64,000 nt of DNA from a virus, in IMG/VR virus record IMGVR_UViG_3300017770_000005, positions 1 to 64,000 of that record; one strand, written 5' to 3'. Positions 7,929 through 17,672 of this stretch are shown here, in pieces. The notes under the pieces are model-generated. The model saw only the letters and a list, made by a program, of their open reading frames with translations. It did no database searches and had not been told where the DNA came from. Every line of letters begins with the position of its first letter. The stretch's first letter is position 1. A program made the position numbers and the translations under genes.

Positions 7929-8482
7929 AAATAAAATATGATGTTACATATGATGATGTTGTTGAATTAATTTTAGAAGAAAAAATTGGAGCAATACATC
8001 AAGGAAGATCCGAAGTTGGTCCTAGAGCATTGGGAAATAGATCAATAATTTTTGATCCAAGAATTCCTGGTGGAAAAGATATAGTTAATATTGTAAAAAA
8101 GAGGGAAAGTTTTAGACCATTTGCTGGTTCTGTTTTAGAAGAACATGCTGATAAATGGTTTGAGATGATTGGTCTTGAAAGATCTCCCTATATGACATTT
8201 AACCTTAGAGTGAAGGATGGAATGTCAGATTACATTCCTGCAATTACTCATGTAGATCAAACTTGTAGAATTCAAACCGTAAGTAAGGAAGAAAATTTTC
8301 ATTATTATAATTTGATTAAAACTTTCTATATGAGCACACAGGTTCCAATCTTGTTAAATACATCATTCAATCTTGCTGGTGATGCAATAGTAGAAACTGT
8401 AGAGCAAGCAATAAATTCTTTAGAGAAATCTGAACTTCATTATGTTTATTTCGCAGATGTCAGCATGTTGGTGGTAAAATGA
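7925..8482 (+). CDS. Carbamoyltransferase C-terminal domain, stand-alone copy 2
   Basis: EVGPRALGNRS, KKRESFRPFA, HVD.TCRIQTV, LNTSFN. Confidence 0.92.
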   Translation: MKIKYDVTYDDVVELILEEKIGAIHQGRSEVGPRALGNRSIIFDPRIPGGKDIVNIVKKRESFRPFAGSVLEEHADKWFEMIGLERSPYMTFNLRVKDGMSDYIPAITHVDQTCRIQTVSKEENFHYYNLIKTFYMSTQVPILLNTSFNLAGDAIVETVEQAINSLEKSELHYVYFADVSMLVVK

Positions 8483-9702
8483 AAGACTATAATGTAGCTG
8501 CTATGTCCTGTAGTGGACATGAAGCAGGTGTAACTATGCTTCGCAATGGTGAAATCCATGAGATTCTTTTGGAAGAAAGATTATCTGGCAAAAAGCATGA
8601 TAACTTTTTATACTATATTTTTGGGAGTCTAAAAAAGTTTCATGATGAGTATGGTCTCGATGAAATTATTCTACTCAATGGAGAAGATGCAGAATTTCGG
8701 GACATGATTGACATGTTGGAGAAATATAAACTCAATCATATTAAAAGGGAGCAAGAAGTTCAGGAGCATCATTTATATCATGCTGCTTCAGCATTTTATG
8801 CCTCAGGATTTGAAGATGCTGCTTGTATTGTTATTGATGGATGGGGTGCAGACTATAGAGTTGATACTCTAATGGAACTGGCAGGTATTGAATTGAACGA
8901 GGAGGAACTAAAGCAGGCTCAGGCATGGGATGATGTCATGTTCCTAGAGAGTACATCAATATATGATGCACAATATCCACATGGGTTTACTCCATTGTGG
9001 AAAAACTTTATTGTTCCATCACCACAACCCAGAGGATTTATTGAAGTCTATTTTCCAAATGACTTCTTTGAAATGATGACTGCAAATGATAAAATTGATG
9101 TCAATTCATGTTACGACATTGGCATTATGTATGGGACAGTTACATATCATCTAGGATGGCATCGTGATGAATGTGGTAAGACAATGGGTCTTTCTGCATA
9201 CGGGAAACAGAATGAACAGTTCCCACCATTCATTCTTGATAACGGAATGGCAAATATGAATGTGTTCTATAGTAATAGACTATTCAATACAACAAACTTC
9301 CCAGTTCTTAGACATCATGATGATTTCCAGAAGAAGGCAGATTTGGCATGGGAGATACAAAACTCTATGGAAGAAGTTTTGAGAATGAGAGTTGAACAAA
9401 CTTTAGATCTGAGACCAGAAACTAAGAATATTGTATTCTCTGGTGGATGTGCATTGAATATATGTGCGAACTCAGTAATTCAAGAAGAGTATCCTGATAT
9501 TAATTTCTATATTGATCCTATTGCAGGTGATGCATGTCAATCATTTGGTGCAGCAAAATTATTCCACTACGAAAGAACACAAGATACAACGATTAGACCA
9601 TTAGATTCCATCTATAAGGGTAAAATTCCACCATCAAACAGTATTTTAAAGAAGCAAATTGAACTAGAGGTTGCAAGACAGGACAAATTAGGTTATAATT
9701 GA
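8479..9702 (+). CDS. Carbamoyltransferase N-terminal domain, stand-alone copy 2
   Basis: EERLS.KKHD, HHLYHA, IDGWG, GKTMGL.AYG, SGGCALN..AN, DACQSFGAA. Confidence 0.9.
   Translation: MKDYNVAAMSCSGHEAGVTMLRNGEIHEILLEERLSGKKHDNFLYYIFGSLKKFHDEYGLDEIILLNGEDAEFRDMIDMLEKYKLNHIKREQEVQEHHLYHAASAFYASGFEDAACIVIDGWGADYRVDTLMELAGIELNEEELKQAQAWDDVMFLESTSIYDAQYPHGFTPLWKNFIVPSPQPRGFIEVYFPNDFFEMMTANDKIDVNSCYDIGIMYGTVTYHLGWHRDECGKTMGLSAYGKQNEQFPPFILDNGMANMNVFYSNRLFNTTNFPVLRHHDDFQKKADLAWEIQNSMEEVLRMRVEQTLDLRPETKNIVFSGGCALNICANSVIQEEYPDINFYIDPIAGDACQSFGAAKLFHYERTQDTTIRPLDSIYKGKIPPSNSILKKQIELEVARQDKLGYN
9671..9699 (+). promoter_or_regulatory. Sigma70-type promoter
   Basis: TTGCAA-N17-TATAAT upstream of the dehydratase. 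Confidence 0.65.
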
Positions 9703-9721
9703 AAAGTATTTGAGAAAAGAC

Positions 9722-10738
9722 ATGAAAAGAGCGTTAATTACTGGTGGTGCAGGTTTTATTGCACATCATTTAATTTCACAGATTCTGAGAAACACAGACT
9801 GGGAAGTAGTTACGTTAGATCGTCTAGACTTTAGTGGAAATCTTAATCGTCTTCAAGATGTTTTAAAAGATTTTTCTGCTGAGGATCGTTCTCGGGTGAG
9901 GATTGTATTCCATGATCTAAAAGCAGCAGTGAATCCACTGATTGCTGCAGACATTGGTAAGATTGACTACATTCTTCACCTTGCTGCTGGTTCTCATGTT
10001 GACCGCAGCATCGAATATCCTATGGAATTTGTCATGGATAACGTTGTAGCAACCTGCAACATCCTTGACTATGCTCGTAGTCTAGATCATCTAGAAAGAT
10101 TTGTTTACTTTGGTACTGATGAAGTCCTTGGTCCTGCACCAGACGGTATTCTGTATGATGAAAACGATCGTTATAATTCTACCAACCCATACAGTGCAAC
10201 TAAAGCAGGTGGTGAGGAACTCGCAGTTGCTTTCCACAACACTTATGGTGTACCTGTATACATTACTCACACAATGAATGTCTTTGGGCAACGTCAACAC
10301 CCAGAAAAGTTTATTCCTATGTGCATTAAACGTGCTCGTGATGGTGAGACAATTACAATCCATAGTGATCCAACTAAGGAAATCCCTGGTTCACGACACT
10401 ATATCCATGCTGAAGATGTTGCTGATGCACTTCTGTTTCTTCTTGGTAAGAACGTAGAGTCATCTACTTGGGGAGGTGCAAGGTGTCCTAAGTTTAACAT
10501 CGTTGGTGCGGAAGAACTCAACAATCTTCAACTTGCACAGATGATTGCTGATGCTCAGGGTAAAGAACTTAAGTATGAGATGGTTGACTTCCACTCTGCA
10601 CGTCCTGGACATGATTTACGATATGCATTATCTGGTGAAAGGATGAAGGCAATGGGATGGCAACCAAAAGATATCCGTAATCGTGTCAAGGAAGTTGTTG
10701 AATGGACCCTAGCAAACGAACGTTGGATTAAGATCTAA
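9722..10738 (+). CDS. NAD-dependent nucleotide-sugar dehydratase (dTDP-glucose 4,6-dehydratase/RmlB-like)
   Basis: TGGAGFI, HLAA.SHVDRSI, TDEV, YSATK, QHPEKFIP, RPGHDLRY. Confidence 0.92.
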   Translation: MKRALITGGAGFIAHHLISQILRNTDWEVVTLDRLDFSGNLNRLQDVLKDFSAEDRSRVRIVFHDLKAAVNPLIAADIGKIDYILHLAAGSHVDRSIEYPMEFVMDNVVATCNILDYARSLDHLERFVYFGTDEVLGPAPDGILYDENDRYNSTNPYSATKAGGEELAVAFHNTYGVPVYITHTMNVFGQRQHPEKFIPMCIKRARDGETITIHSDPTKEIPGSRHYIHAEDVADALLFLLGKNVESSTWGGARCPKFNIVGAEELNNLQLAQMIADAQGKELKYEMVDFHSARPGHDLRYALSGERMKAMGWQPKDIRNRVKEVVEWTLANERWIKI

Positions 10739-10761
10739 ATAAACTACACTCATTGATAATT

Positions 10762-11013
10762 ATGGCAACATATCCTGTTAAGAATAAACAAACTGGTGAA
10801 ACCAAAGAAGTGAAAATGAGTATTCATGATTGGGACCAGTGGAATGAAGATAATCCAGAGTGGGAAAGATATTACACTCCCGAAAATTCACCTGGATTGG
10901 GACTAGAACCAATTGGTGAGTGGAAAGACAAACTTGTTAAATCAAAACCAGGATGGAATGAAGTTCTAGAAAGAGCATCAAAACAACCTGGAGCACAAAA
11001 CCTAAAGATCTGA
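10762..11013 (+). CDS. Hypothetical protein of the type found upstream of cyanophage phoH
   Basis: MATYPV.N..TGE.KE, GWNEVL; CTAAATA at 10736. Confidence 0.8.
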   Translation: MATYPVKNKQTGETKEVKMSIHDWDQWNEDNPEWERYYTPENSPGLGLEPIGEWKDKLVKSKPGWNEVLERASKQPGAQNLKI

Positions 11014-11014
11014 T

Positions 11015-11776
11015 ATGGCTAGAAGGAAAAGAAACAACAATAACGTTGGTATTAATTCTGAGTACCATCGTCAAGCACTTAAGGGTAAGAAACCAATCAA
11101 TACAGATCACCTTTTAAAAGTTGAACCACTTACTGATAATCAGAAGAAGTTGTTCAAATCTTATGAGGAAGGAAAGCACGTTGTTGCCTATGGAACTGCT
11201 GGTACTGGTAAGACATTTATTACTTTGTACCATGCGATTAAAGAAGCTTTAGATCAATTTACACCATATGAAAAGGTGTATATTATTAGATCCCTTGTGT
11301 CAACTAGAGAGATTGGTTTTCTTCCAGGAGATCATGATGACAAATCTAATCTCTATCAGATTCCATATAAGAACATGGTTAAGTACATGTTCCAAATGCC
11401 TTCTGATGCTGAGTTTGAAATGCTCTATGGCAATCTAAAGACTCAGGGAACAGTTGGTTTTTGGAGTACATCATTCATTCGTGGCACTACATTTGATAAT
11501 TCTATTCTCCTCATTGACGAATTTCAAAACTTGAACTATCATGAACTTGATAGTATTATTACACGGGTTGGTGACAACTGTAAGATTATGTTCTGCGGTG
11601 ATGCAAGTCAAAGTGATTTGGTAAAGACCAACGAAAAGAATGGTATCTTTGACTTTATGAAAATTCTAGAGCAAATGCCTTCAGTAGATATCGTTGAGTT
11701 TGATGCTGATGATATTGTAAGATCTGGTCTTTGTAGAGAATATATTGTCGCAAAAAATGAATTAGGTATTGTATGA
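11015..11776 (+). CDS. phoH: PhoH-family ATPase
   Basis: GTAGTGKT, IGFLPG, RG.TF, DE.QN, GD..QSD, DIVRS. Confidence 0.96.
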   Translation: MARRKRNNNNVGINSEYHRQALKGKKPINTDHLLKVEPLTDNQKKLFKSYEEGKHVVAYGTAGTGKTFITLYHAIKEALDQFTPYEKVYIIRSLVSTREIGFLPGDHDDKSNLYQIPYKNMVKYMFQMPSDAEFEMLYGNLKTQGTVGFWSTSFIRGTTFDNSILLIDEFQNLNYHELDSIITRVGDNCKIMFCGDASQSDLVKTNEKNGIFDFMKILEQMPSVDIVEFDADDIVRSGLCREYIVAKNELGIV

Positions 11777-12477
11777 AGTATGATGTTTACTATGATCCTG
11801 TAAATTTTCATGATGAAAATATAATTGAGCATGAGGATCGTAGTTCTCATTCAGATTATACCTACAGTCAATGTCCTGTTTGGGGGCATATGTTTGACCG
11901 AACCTTTATTGGATATTCTCCTGTAGATTTTTCACTACAATATGAAGGTGACATTCTAAAGTATCAAATTGATGAGGAACCTTGTGTTACCATTAAGTTA
12001 GATGATGTTGATGAAGAATATGGTGACGAAAATATTTTCTTCACACTAAGTGATCTGGATAGTGATATCCATGTCATTCAGTTATCATTCATCAATTCAT
12101 TTTTCTGGACATCATATAAACAAGAATACTTGTGGTTTGAATTTTTAGATCACCCACAAACATTTGCTGATAATAACTTTGTTGCTATTGGTGGATGGTT
12201 TAATCTTGCCAATCATCCAAGAACAACTTCTCTTGGTATTAAATATGAAGCAAACTCACATGGAGTTATGATAGAGAGAGGTGATCCACTCTATCGAGTT
12301 CGTTTCTATACTGATAATATGAACGACAAACCAATTCTTAAGAAGAAAAAATCAACGGATAGTATGTTTGATGCTCTCGAAAATCGAAGAGAAGTTTTAT
12401 CTGAAGATTCAAAGTTCTTAAAAGAAGTTTTATTTGACAAAAACCTAAGAGGAAAATGCCCTTATCATGACGTTTAA
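11773..12477 (+). CDS. Hypothetical protein
   Basis: 234-aa ORF overlapping both neighbours. Confidence 0.75.
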   Translation: MKYDVYYDPVNFHDENIIEHEDRSSHSDYTYSQCPVWGHMFDRTFIGYSPVDFSLQYEGDILKYQIDEEPCVTIKLDDVDEEYGDENIFFTLSDLDSDIHVIQLSFINSFFWTSYKQEYLWFEFLDHPQTFADNNFVAIGGWFNLANHPRTTSLGIKYEANSHGVMIERGDPLYRVRFYTDNMNDKPILKKKKSTDSMFDALENRREVLSEDSKFLKEVLFDKNLRGKCPYHDV

Positions 12478-13141
12478 TCACATTAATCTAGATCTACCAG
12501 AACTAACTAGAGAAACTATTGATGGAGTTCGATATTATACAGTACCGAATCATGATGGTCCATTAAAGTTTGTATCTGCCACATCAGTTACCAGTCACTT
12601 TAATCGTGAAATTTTTATAAAGTGGAGAAAAAGAGTTGGTGAAGCAGAAGCTAATAAAGTAACCAAACAATCTACAAGTCGTGGTACTGACATGCACACT
12701 CTTGTAGAGAACTTTCTTCACAATAAAGAACTACCTTCTGGTTCTGTTCAACCACTGTCAGAGTTTCTATATTTGATTGCAAAAGATGATCTTAATAGGA
12801 TCGATAATATTCATGCTCTTGAAAGGTCCCTATATAGTCAGCAGTTAGGTATCGCTGGAACCGTCGATTGTATTGCAGAATTTGACGGTGAGTTAGCAAT
12901 AATTGACTTCAAGACATCTAAGAAACCCAAACCCAGAGCATGGATCGAAAACTATTTTGTTCAATGTGCGGCATATGCGTGTATGTTGTTTGAATTGACG
13001 GGTATTTCAGTCAAGAAATTCGTAATCATCATGTCATGTGAAAGTGGAGAATGCGTAGTCTATGAGGAAAGAAACAAATCAAAATATATCAAACTTCTCA
13101 CTCAATACATTAGAAAGTTTGTCGAAGATAAACTGTCTTGA
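12467..13141 (+). CDS. PD-(D/E)XK exonuclease
   Basis: RGT.MH..VE, AGTVDCIAE, IIDFKTS, Q..AYA. Confidence 0.9.
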   Translation: MTFNHINLDLPELTRETIDGVRYYTVPNHDGPLKFVSATSVTSHFNREIFIKWRKRVGEAEANKVTKQSTSRGTDMHTLVENFLHNKELPSGSVQPLSEFLYLIAKDDLNRIDNIHALERSLYSQQLGIAGTVDCIAEFDGELAIIDFKTSKKPKPRAWIENYFVQCAAYACMLFELTGISVKKFVIIMSCESGECVVYEERNKSKYIKLLTQYIRKFVEDKLS

Positions 13142-13166
13142 CCTTTAAAGTATCTAATGTTATAAT
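13138..13166 (+). promoter_or_regulatory. Sigma70-type promoter
   Basis: TTGACC-N17-TATAAT. Confidence 0.75.
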
Positions 13167-13214
13167 GTTATTATGAATTAATTTTATTATATGTTATCAA
13201 TCTTTTCCGATATT

Positions 13215-13484
13215 ATGCCGAAGAAAGAAAACGAAGAGTTAAATAAAGAACTAGAAAGTAAATTCTATTCTCAGGTGAAAGTGTCGCAGGATATTGAAGA
13301 AATCTATACCAAGAATTCTGATATGAGTTACATTGATAGTGTAATGCATTTCTGTGAACTCAATAAGATAGATGTTGAATCTATTCCTAAACTAATCTCA
13401 AAACCGTTAAAAGAAAAAATTAAATACGAAGCAATGGAACTTAACTTCCTAAAGAGAACTAGTAGAGCTAAACTCTCAATTTGA
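13215..13484 (+). CDS. gp33: Late transcription co-activator gp33
   Basis: YID....FCE.N.ID.ESIPKLISKPLKEKIKYEA.ELNFL; synteny with gp59 and gp32; ATG 13191 is an alternative start. Confidence 0.88.
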   Translation: MPKKENEELNKELESKFYSQVKVSQDIEEIYTKNSDMSYIDSVMHFCELNKIDVESIPKLISKPLKEKIKYEAMELNFLKRTSRAKLSI

Positions 13485-13564
13485 AAATCGATTTTTAGTT
13501 CCAAAAAAGGTCGTAAAAAAATCCCCAAAATTTTTTCGCACGAAGGGTTTTTCAAAATATTATG
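13483..13564. repeat. A/T-tract intergenic element, copy 1
   Basis: Aligns with 33018-33096; core AAAAAAATCCCCA.AATTTTTTC. Confidence 0.8.
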
Positions 13565-14158
13565 TTGAAGATGACTCCATTTGATTGTTATAAAACTTAT
13601 CTTGGTTTAAAGAATCATTTCACAAAAGATTCTTATGATTACCACAAGTATTGTGGTAAAACCCGTGCCTCTCTTCAGTCTTTCTACAAGAGGAAAGATA
13701 GGTACTGGTTTGAAAAAATTTCTAGACAGAAAGATGATGATGAAGTTAGAGACTTTTTTGTTTCTAACTTCATTTCTTGTGATGATCCACAGACTCTATG
13801 GATTGGTGAGATCATTCGTTCTGGTCAGATGAATTATAATAAGTGGCAGAAGAGGAATCAATCTTTGTCATATGTTTTTCGAGAAGAAGTTCAAAGTCTC
13901 ATTGAGAATAAAGACTTTGACTCATTGTTTTCTGTAGAAAAAGGTCATCCAATTATCTTAAAGAAGCATTTGTGTGGTGATATTTCTATCGAATCTTTGG
14001 TAATCTTGGAAAAGATCTTAGGATATAAGAAGCACTTTGATAAGTCTTTGAAAGATCCAGTATGGGAATTGACCAGTCTACGAATTAAAAAGTATATTCC
14101 TTTTCTAAATATCGATGTCTTTAAATACAAAAAAATCTTAAAGGAGATAGTTTTATGA
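13562..14158 (+). CDS. gp59: Helicase loader gp59
   Basis: YL.LKNHF..D.YDY.KY.GK, F.KRKDRY.FEK, FFVSNF. Confidence 0.92.
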   Translation: MLKMTPFDCYKTYLGLKNHFTKDSYDYHKYCGKTRASLQSFYKRKDRYWFEKISRQKDDDEVRDFFVSNFISCDDPQTLWIGEIIRSGQMNYNKWQKRNQSLSYVFREEVQSLIENKDFDSLFSVEKGHPIILKKHLCGDISIESLVILEKILGYKKHFDKSLKDPVWELTSLRIKKYIPFLNIDVFKYKKILKEIVL

Positions 14159-14493
14159 CTTTCTTTGAATCTGAACTTGTGAAGAATGAGATGGATGAGA
14201 TCTCTAAACTACAAGAAAAAGTCTATTCAAATGTGTTTGTCTTTCCAAGTTTAGATAGAGATGGCAAACTTAAACATATTAGTGATCTTGAGATGCTTAT
14301 GGAGAAACAAAAGATTCTTTACATGAGACTTGCATTATCAGATGATCCAGATGCATTGAATATGAAATTAAAAATTCAAGATTCTGCAACAATGATGGGT
14401 CTTCCTGAAGATGTTGACATGAACGCACTCTTTGCTAATATGACTAAGTTGGTTGGTAATCTCAAAGAGCAATTGCTCAAGGAAATCGATTGA
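14155..14493 (+). CDS. DUF1825-like protein
   Basis: FF.SE.V, L.EKQ...Y.RL.LSDDP.A; position between gp59 and gp32. Confidence 0.8.
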   Translation: MTFFESELVKNEMDEISKLQEKVYSNVFVFPSLDRDGKLKHISDLEMLMEKQKILYMRLALSDDPDALNMKLKIQDSATMMGLPEDVDMNALFANMTKLVGNLKEQLLKEID

Positions 14494-14518
14494 CACTAAA
14501 TAAAATGCCTGCTATAAT
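14490..14518 (+). promoter_or_regulatory. Consensus sigma70 promoter with a late-promoter motif in its spacer
   Basis: TTGACA-N17-TATAAT; CTAAATA at 14496. Confidence 0.85.
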
Positions 14519-14563
14519 GGCAGAGCACACAAGCCACAATACAAACAAACCGAGGTAATCCGA

Positions 14564-15496
14564 ATGTCCTTTTCAAATCTTAAAAAGCAATCATCTCTTG
14601 GTTCTCTGACCTCTAAACTGGTCAAAGAAGTAGAAAAAATGAGCACCAAGAGTGGTGGAGATGATCGTCTCTGGAAACCAGAACTAGATAAGTCTGGTAA
14701 CGGTTATGCCGTGATCCGATTCTTGCCTGCACCAGATGGAGAAGAACTCCCATGGGCAAAGATGTACTCCCATGCTTTCCAAGGTCCTGGTGGTTGGTTC
14801 ATTGAGAACTCACTAACCACAAATGGTGGAAAAGATCCTGTATCAGAGTATAATCGTGAACTCTGGAACAGTGGTAATGAAGCAGATAAGGAAACTGTCC
14901 GTAAGCAGAAACGCAAACTGTCCTATTATGCTAACATCTATGTTATCAAGGACTCTGCAAATCCTTCTAACGAAGGTCAAGTCTTCCTGTATAAGTTTGG
15001 TAAGAAGATCTTTGATAAGATCATGGAAGCAATGCAACCAGAATTTGAAGACGAGCAACCCATCAATCCTTTTGATTTCTGGCAGGGTGCTAACTTCAAA
15101 CTAAAGATCAAGAAAGTTGCAGGTTACTGGAACTATGATTCTTCTGAGTTTGATCGTCCTGCTAATCTACTAAATGATGATGATGCACTAGAAGCAGTTT
15201 GGAAGAAGGAGTACTCATTAGAGTCTCTAACTGCAGCAGATCAGTTCAAGACTTATGATGAACTGAAGACTCGTCTTGACTATGTTCTAGGTAACAAAGG
15301 TACTCCTCGTTTCCAAGATCAGGAAACTGTAGAAGAGGAAGCAGACTTCCGTCGTCAAAACCGTAGTGAAGAAACTTCTTTCACTCCCAAGTTCAATTCT
15401 GCTCCAACTCCTGCACCTGAACCTTCTCTTGAAACTACCACAGGAGAAGATGATGATGCACTATCATTCTTCCAAAAACTTGCTGAAGAAGATTGA
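14564..15496 (+). CDS. gp32: Single-stranded DNA-binding protein gp32
   Basis: GNGYAVIRFLP, HAFQGPGGW.IENSLTT, FGKKIFDKI, NYD.SEF, acidic tail. Confidence 0.97.
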   Translation: MSFSNLKKQSSLGSLTSKLVKEVEKMSTKSGGDDRLWKPELDKSGNGYAVIRFLPAPDGEELPWAKMYSHAFQGPGGWFIENSLTTNGGKDPVSEYNRELWNSGNEADKETVRKQKRKLSYYANIYVIKDSANPSNEGQVFLYKFGKKIFDKIMEAMQPEFEDEQPINPFDFWQGANFKLKIKKVAGYWNYDSSEFDRPANLLNDDDALEAVWKKEYSLESLTAADQFKTYDELKTRLDYVLGNKGTPRFQDQETVEEEADFRRQNRSEETSFTPKFNSAPTPAPEPSLETTTGEDDDALSFFQKLAEED

Positions 15497-15508
15497 GGTT
15501 AACTTATG

Positions 15509-15529
15509 AGAGGGTTTGCTTAACCCTCT
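15509..15529. terminator. Hairpin between convergent genes, probable terminator
   Basis: AGAGGGTT-tgctt-AACCCTCT. Confidence 0.6.
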
Positions 15530-15559
15530 TAGTTATTGCAGCATATTATAGTTTAATAT

Positions 15560-16213
15560 TTAAATAGATTCTGTATCTTTAAGGGTTCTGCTGATAAAAC
15601 CAGTGGAACCCTTTCTATATGACATGATCTCATCCATATCTTCAAATACAATATTTAAGTATAATGGTTTTAGTATCTTGATTACTCTTTTTTGTTCTTG
15701 AATTCTTTCTTCATATGTGTAATTTGTGACTGGAAAAGAACAATCTTCAAGAGATACATGTTGACCTAAATCACCATCATAGTATTCAACTTTATGGTTT
15801 ACATTCACAACAACTTTTGCTGGAAAAACTACTGTACCATTAGAATTTTTTATTCTCTTAGATTCGTAATGATGAACTTCATATATTGCTTCATAACTTC
15901 CATATTTTTCTAGTAGGAAATCATTATATAAATTTGTAGGCATTGGCCATTCGTTTTGGATATTTAAAATGTTATTAGTAATTAAAACTACCCAATCTAA
16001 ATCAGAATCACCATAAACTTTTTCTGCAACATTGTCTGGTCTTTCATCACCAACAATAAAATAATCTTCAAAGTAAGTTGTTTGACTTAAAATGTCCTCT
16101 CTAAGTTTTGCTCTTCTAAAAATATTTTTAGCATCAACTTTTAATCCAGGAGAACCTATCTCCAGAAGATTTTGATACTTTATGTTTGGTAGTCTTTTAA
16201 AGTAATTTGCCAT
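15560..16213 (-). CDS. gp53: Baseplate wedge subunit gp53
   Basis: YF..LP.I.Y, ERPD.VA..VYG....DWV.L..N.I, WP, HHYE. Confidence 0.9.
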   Translation of the reverse strand: MANYFKRLPNIKYQNLLEIGSPGLKVDAKNIFRRAKLREDILSQTTYFEDYFIVGDERPDNVAEKVYGDSDLDWVVLITNNILNIQNEWPMPTNLYNDFLLEKYGSYEAIYEVHHYESKRIKNSNGTVVFPAKVVVNVNHKVEYYDGDLGQHVSLEDCSFPVTNYTYEERIQEQKRVIKILKPLYLNIVFEDMDEIMSYRKGSTGFISRTLKDTESI

Positions 16214-16215
16214 GA

Positions 16216-17655
16216 TTAATATCCTATTTGGTCTGTAGGTATGCCTGTATAATCATCATAATATAGTGGTTCCATTTCTGTAAATGATAATGACATGGTG
16301 TATGCAGTCATCGTTGCTGCAGAATCATTGAAAGTCATATAACTTCCATCAGGAATATAATTAACGTTTACAGATTTCAAAGCACAAACTTTAGGTCTAC
16401 CAATTGATGGGTGATTACCATCACCTGATTGCCCACCTCGATGATAAGAAATTTTATATACATTTGGTGCGAGTAAGAAAAGATTTGTTGACTCTTTCCT
16501 CACTGCCATCGATTGCTTAAACATTCTAATAATTCTTCTGACCATTACTGCCTCAGCAGAGTTTCTTGGTCGTAATTGATATGAGAAAGAAAAATTTCTC
16601 AACTCTGGTTTTTGGAATAGTAAAACCATATTCGGATTTAAAATACCACCACTAGTTCTGGAAAGCATATTTGTTGTTTGAGATGCTGCTTGAGCAGCTT
16701 GCATCGCAATATATTTCTTTGCTTCTACACTCTTACCAGAAAGAGCAGTTTTTGCATTAGCTAAAGATTTACCAAGACCTCTACCACCATCAATAATAGC
16801 ACCATAAGCTGCCTCATATGCAAATGCTTTTAAAGGATTTACTTCATTATTTCCCCAACCAACAGCATTACCATCTTCAGCACCACCCGATATAGACAAA
16901 TAGCACGTTCCTTCTAATTTACCAAGACCTGCAGAATCAAAACCTATTTGACCTGCACTTTTAAATGTCTGGGGTTCATATCTATGTGTTGCAAATTTTA
17001 TATAATCTTGTTCAAGTTTAACCATTTTTTCAGGAAACTGTAACGTACCAAAATCCCTAGATTGTGATTTGAATGTTATTGGATTCGCAGATTCGTAGGC
17101 AGTTTCTTGACTTGTATCTTCATTTGTTTCACCATCAGTATCATCATCGGAACCAGTGTCATCATCTTCTTCTGAAGTTTCAACCTCTGTGGCAGTTAAA
17201 GAGTTTGATTCTATTTCTGTAACAGTTAATGCACTACTAGATATCAGTTTTTGTTGATCCTCAATCGATAGATTAGCATTTCTTTTTTCTGTACCATTTC
17301 TCTGCAAATCATCATTCCCACCATTAGCCATCGCAGAATTTAATTTACTTTGACTAATATTTTGACCACCAGGAAGATTTTTTGTAGATTGTAGTAATGC
17401 TTCTTTGTCTGTAATAGTAATTTGTCCGTTAGATTTGACGGATCCACCTCTTCCAATTAATGTTTCTGTACCATTAATTGTTGTATAAATTTCATATCCA
17501 CCATCTTGCTTTACTAGTTGGTCTGCTCCACCATCACTAGAAGTTGGAAACCTATAGATTATTGGTATATTAAATTTTTTATTTTGTACTCTAGAACCCT
17601 TGCCCACATTAATATCTAGACTCAGAGTATGTTCTTTTTTCTCTTTGTATGTCAT
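16216..17655 (-). CDS. gp48: Baseplate tail-tube cap gp48, with N-terminal extension
   Basis: NPN..LLF..P.LR.FSF.Y...PRN..EA, CAL....VNY.PDG, LSF.E.EP. Confidence 0.85.
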   Translation of the reverse strand: MTYKEKKEHTLSLDINVGKGSRVQNKKFNIPIIYRFPTSSDGGADQLVKQDGGYEIYTTINGTETLIGRGGSVKSNGQITITDKEALLQSTKNLPGGQNISQSKLNSAMANGGNDDLQRNGTEKRNANLSIEDQQKLISSSALTVTEIESNSLTATEVETSEEDDDTGSDDDTDGETNEDTSQETAYESANPITFKSQSRDFGTLQFPEKMVKLEQDYIKFATHRYEPQTFKSAGQIGFDSAGLGKLEGTCYLSISGGAEDGNAVGWGNNEVNPLKAFAYEAAYGAIIDGGRGLGKSLANAKTALSGKSVEAKKYIAMQAAQAASQTTNMLSRTSGGILNPNMVLLFQKPELRNFSFSYQLRPRNSAEAVMVRRIIRMFKQSMAVRKESTNLFLLAPNVYKISYHRGGQSGDGNHPSIGRPKVCALKSVNVNYIPDGSYMTFNDSAATMTAYTMSLSFTEMEPLYYDDYTGIPTDQIGY

Positions 17656-17672
17656 CTAGTGGATGCTGTTAT

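Noticed and set aside
6089-9702. Carbamoyltransferase fragments as pseudogenes
   Set aside because: Each ORF covers a whole domain with intact motifs and coupled start/stop junctions.
12467-13141. Cas4-like nuclease suggesting a CRISPR system
   Set aside because: No repeat-spacer array or other cas genes; it is a typical T4-like phage exonuclease in its usual neighbourhood.
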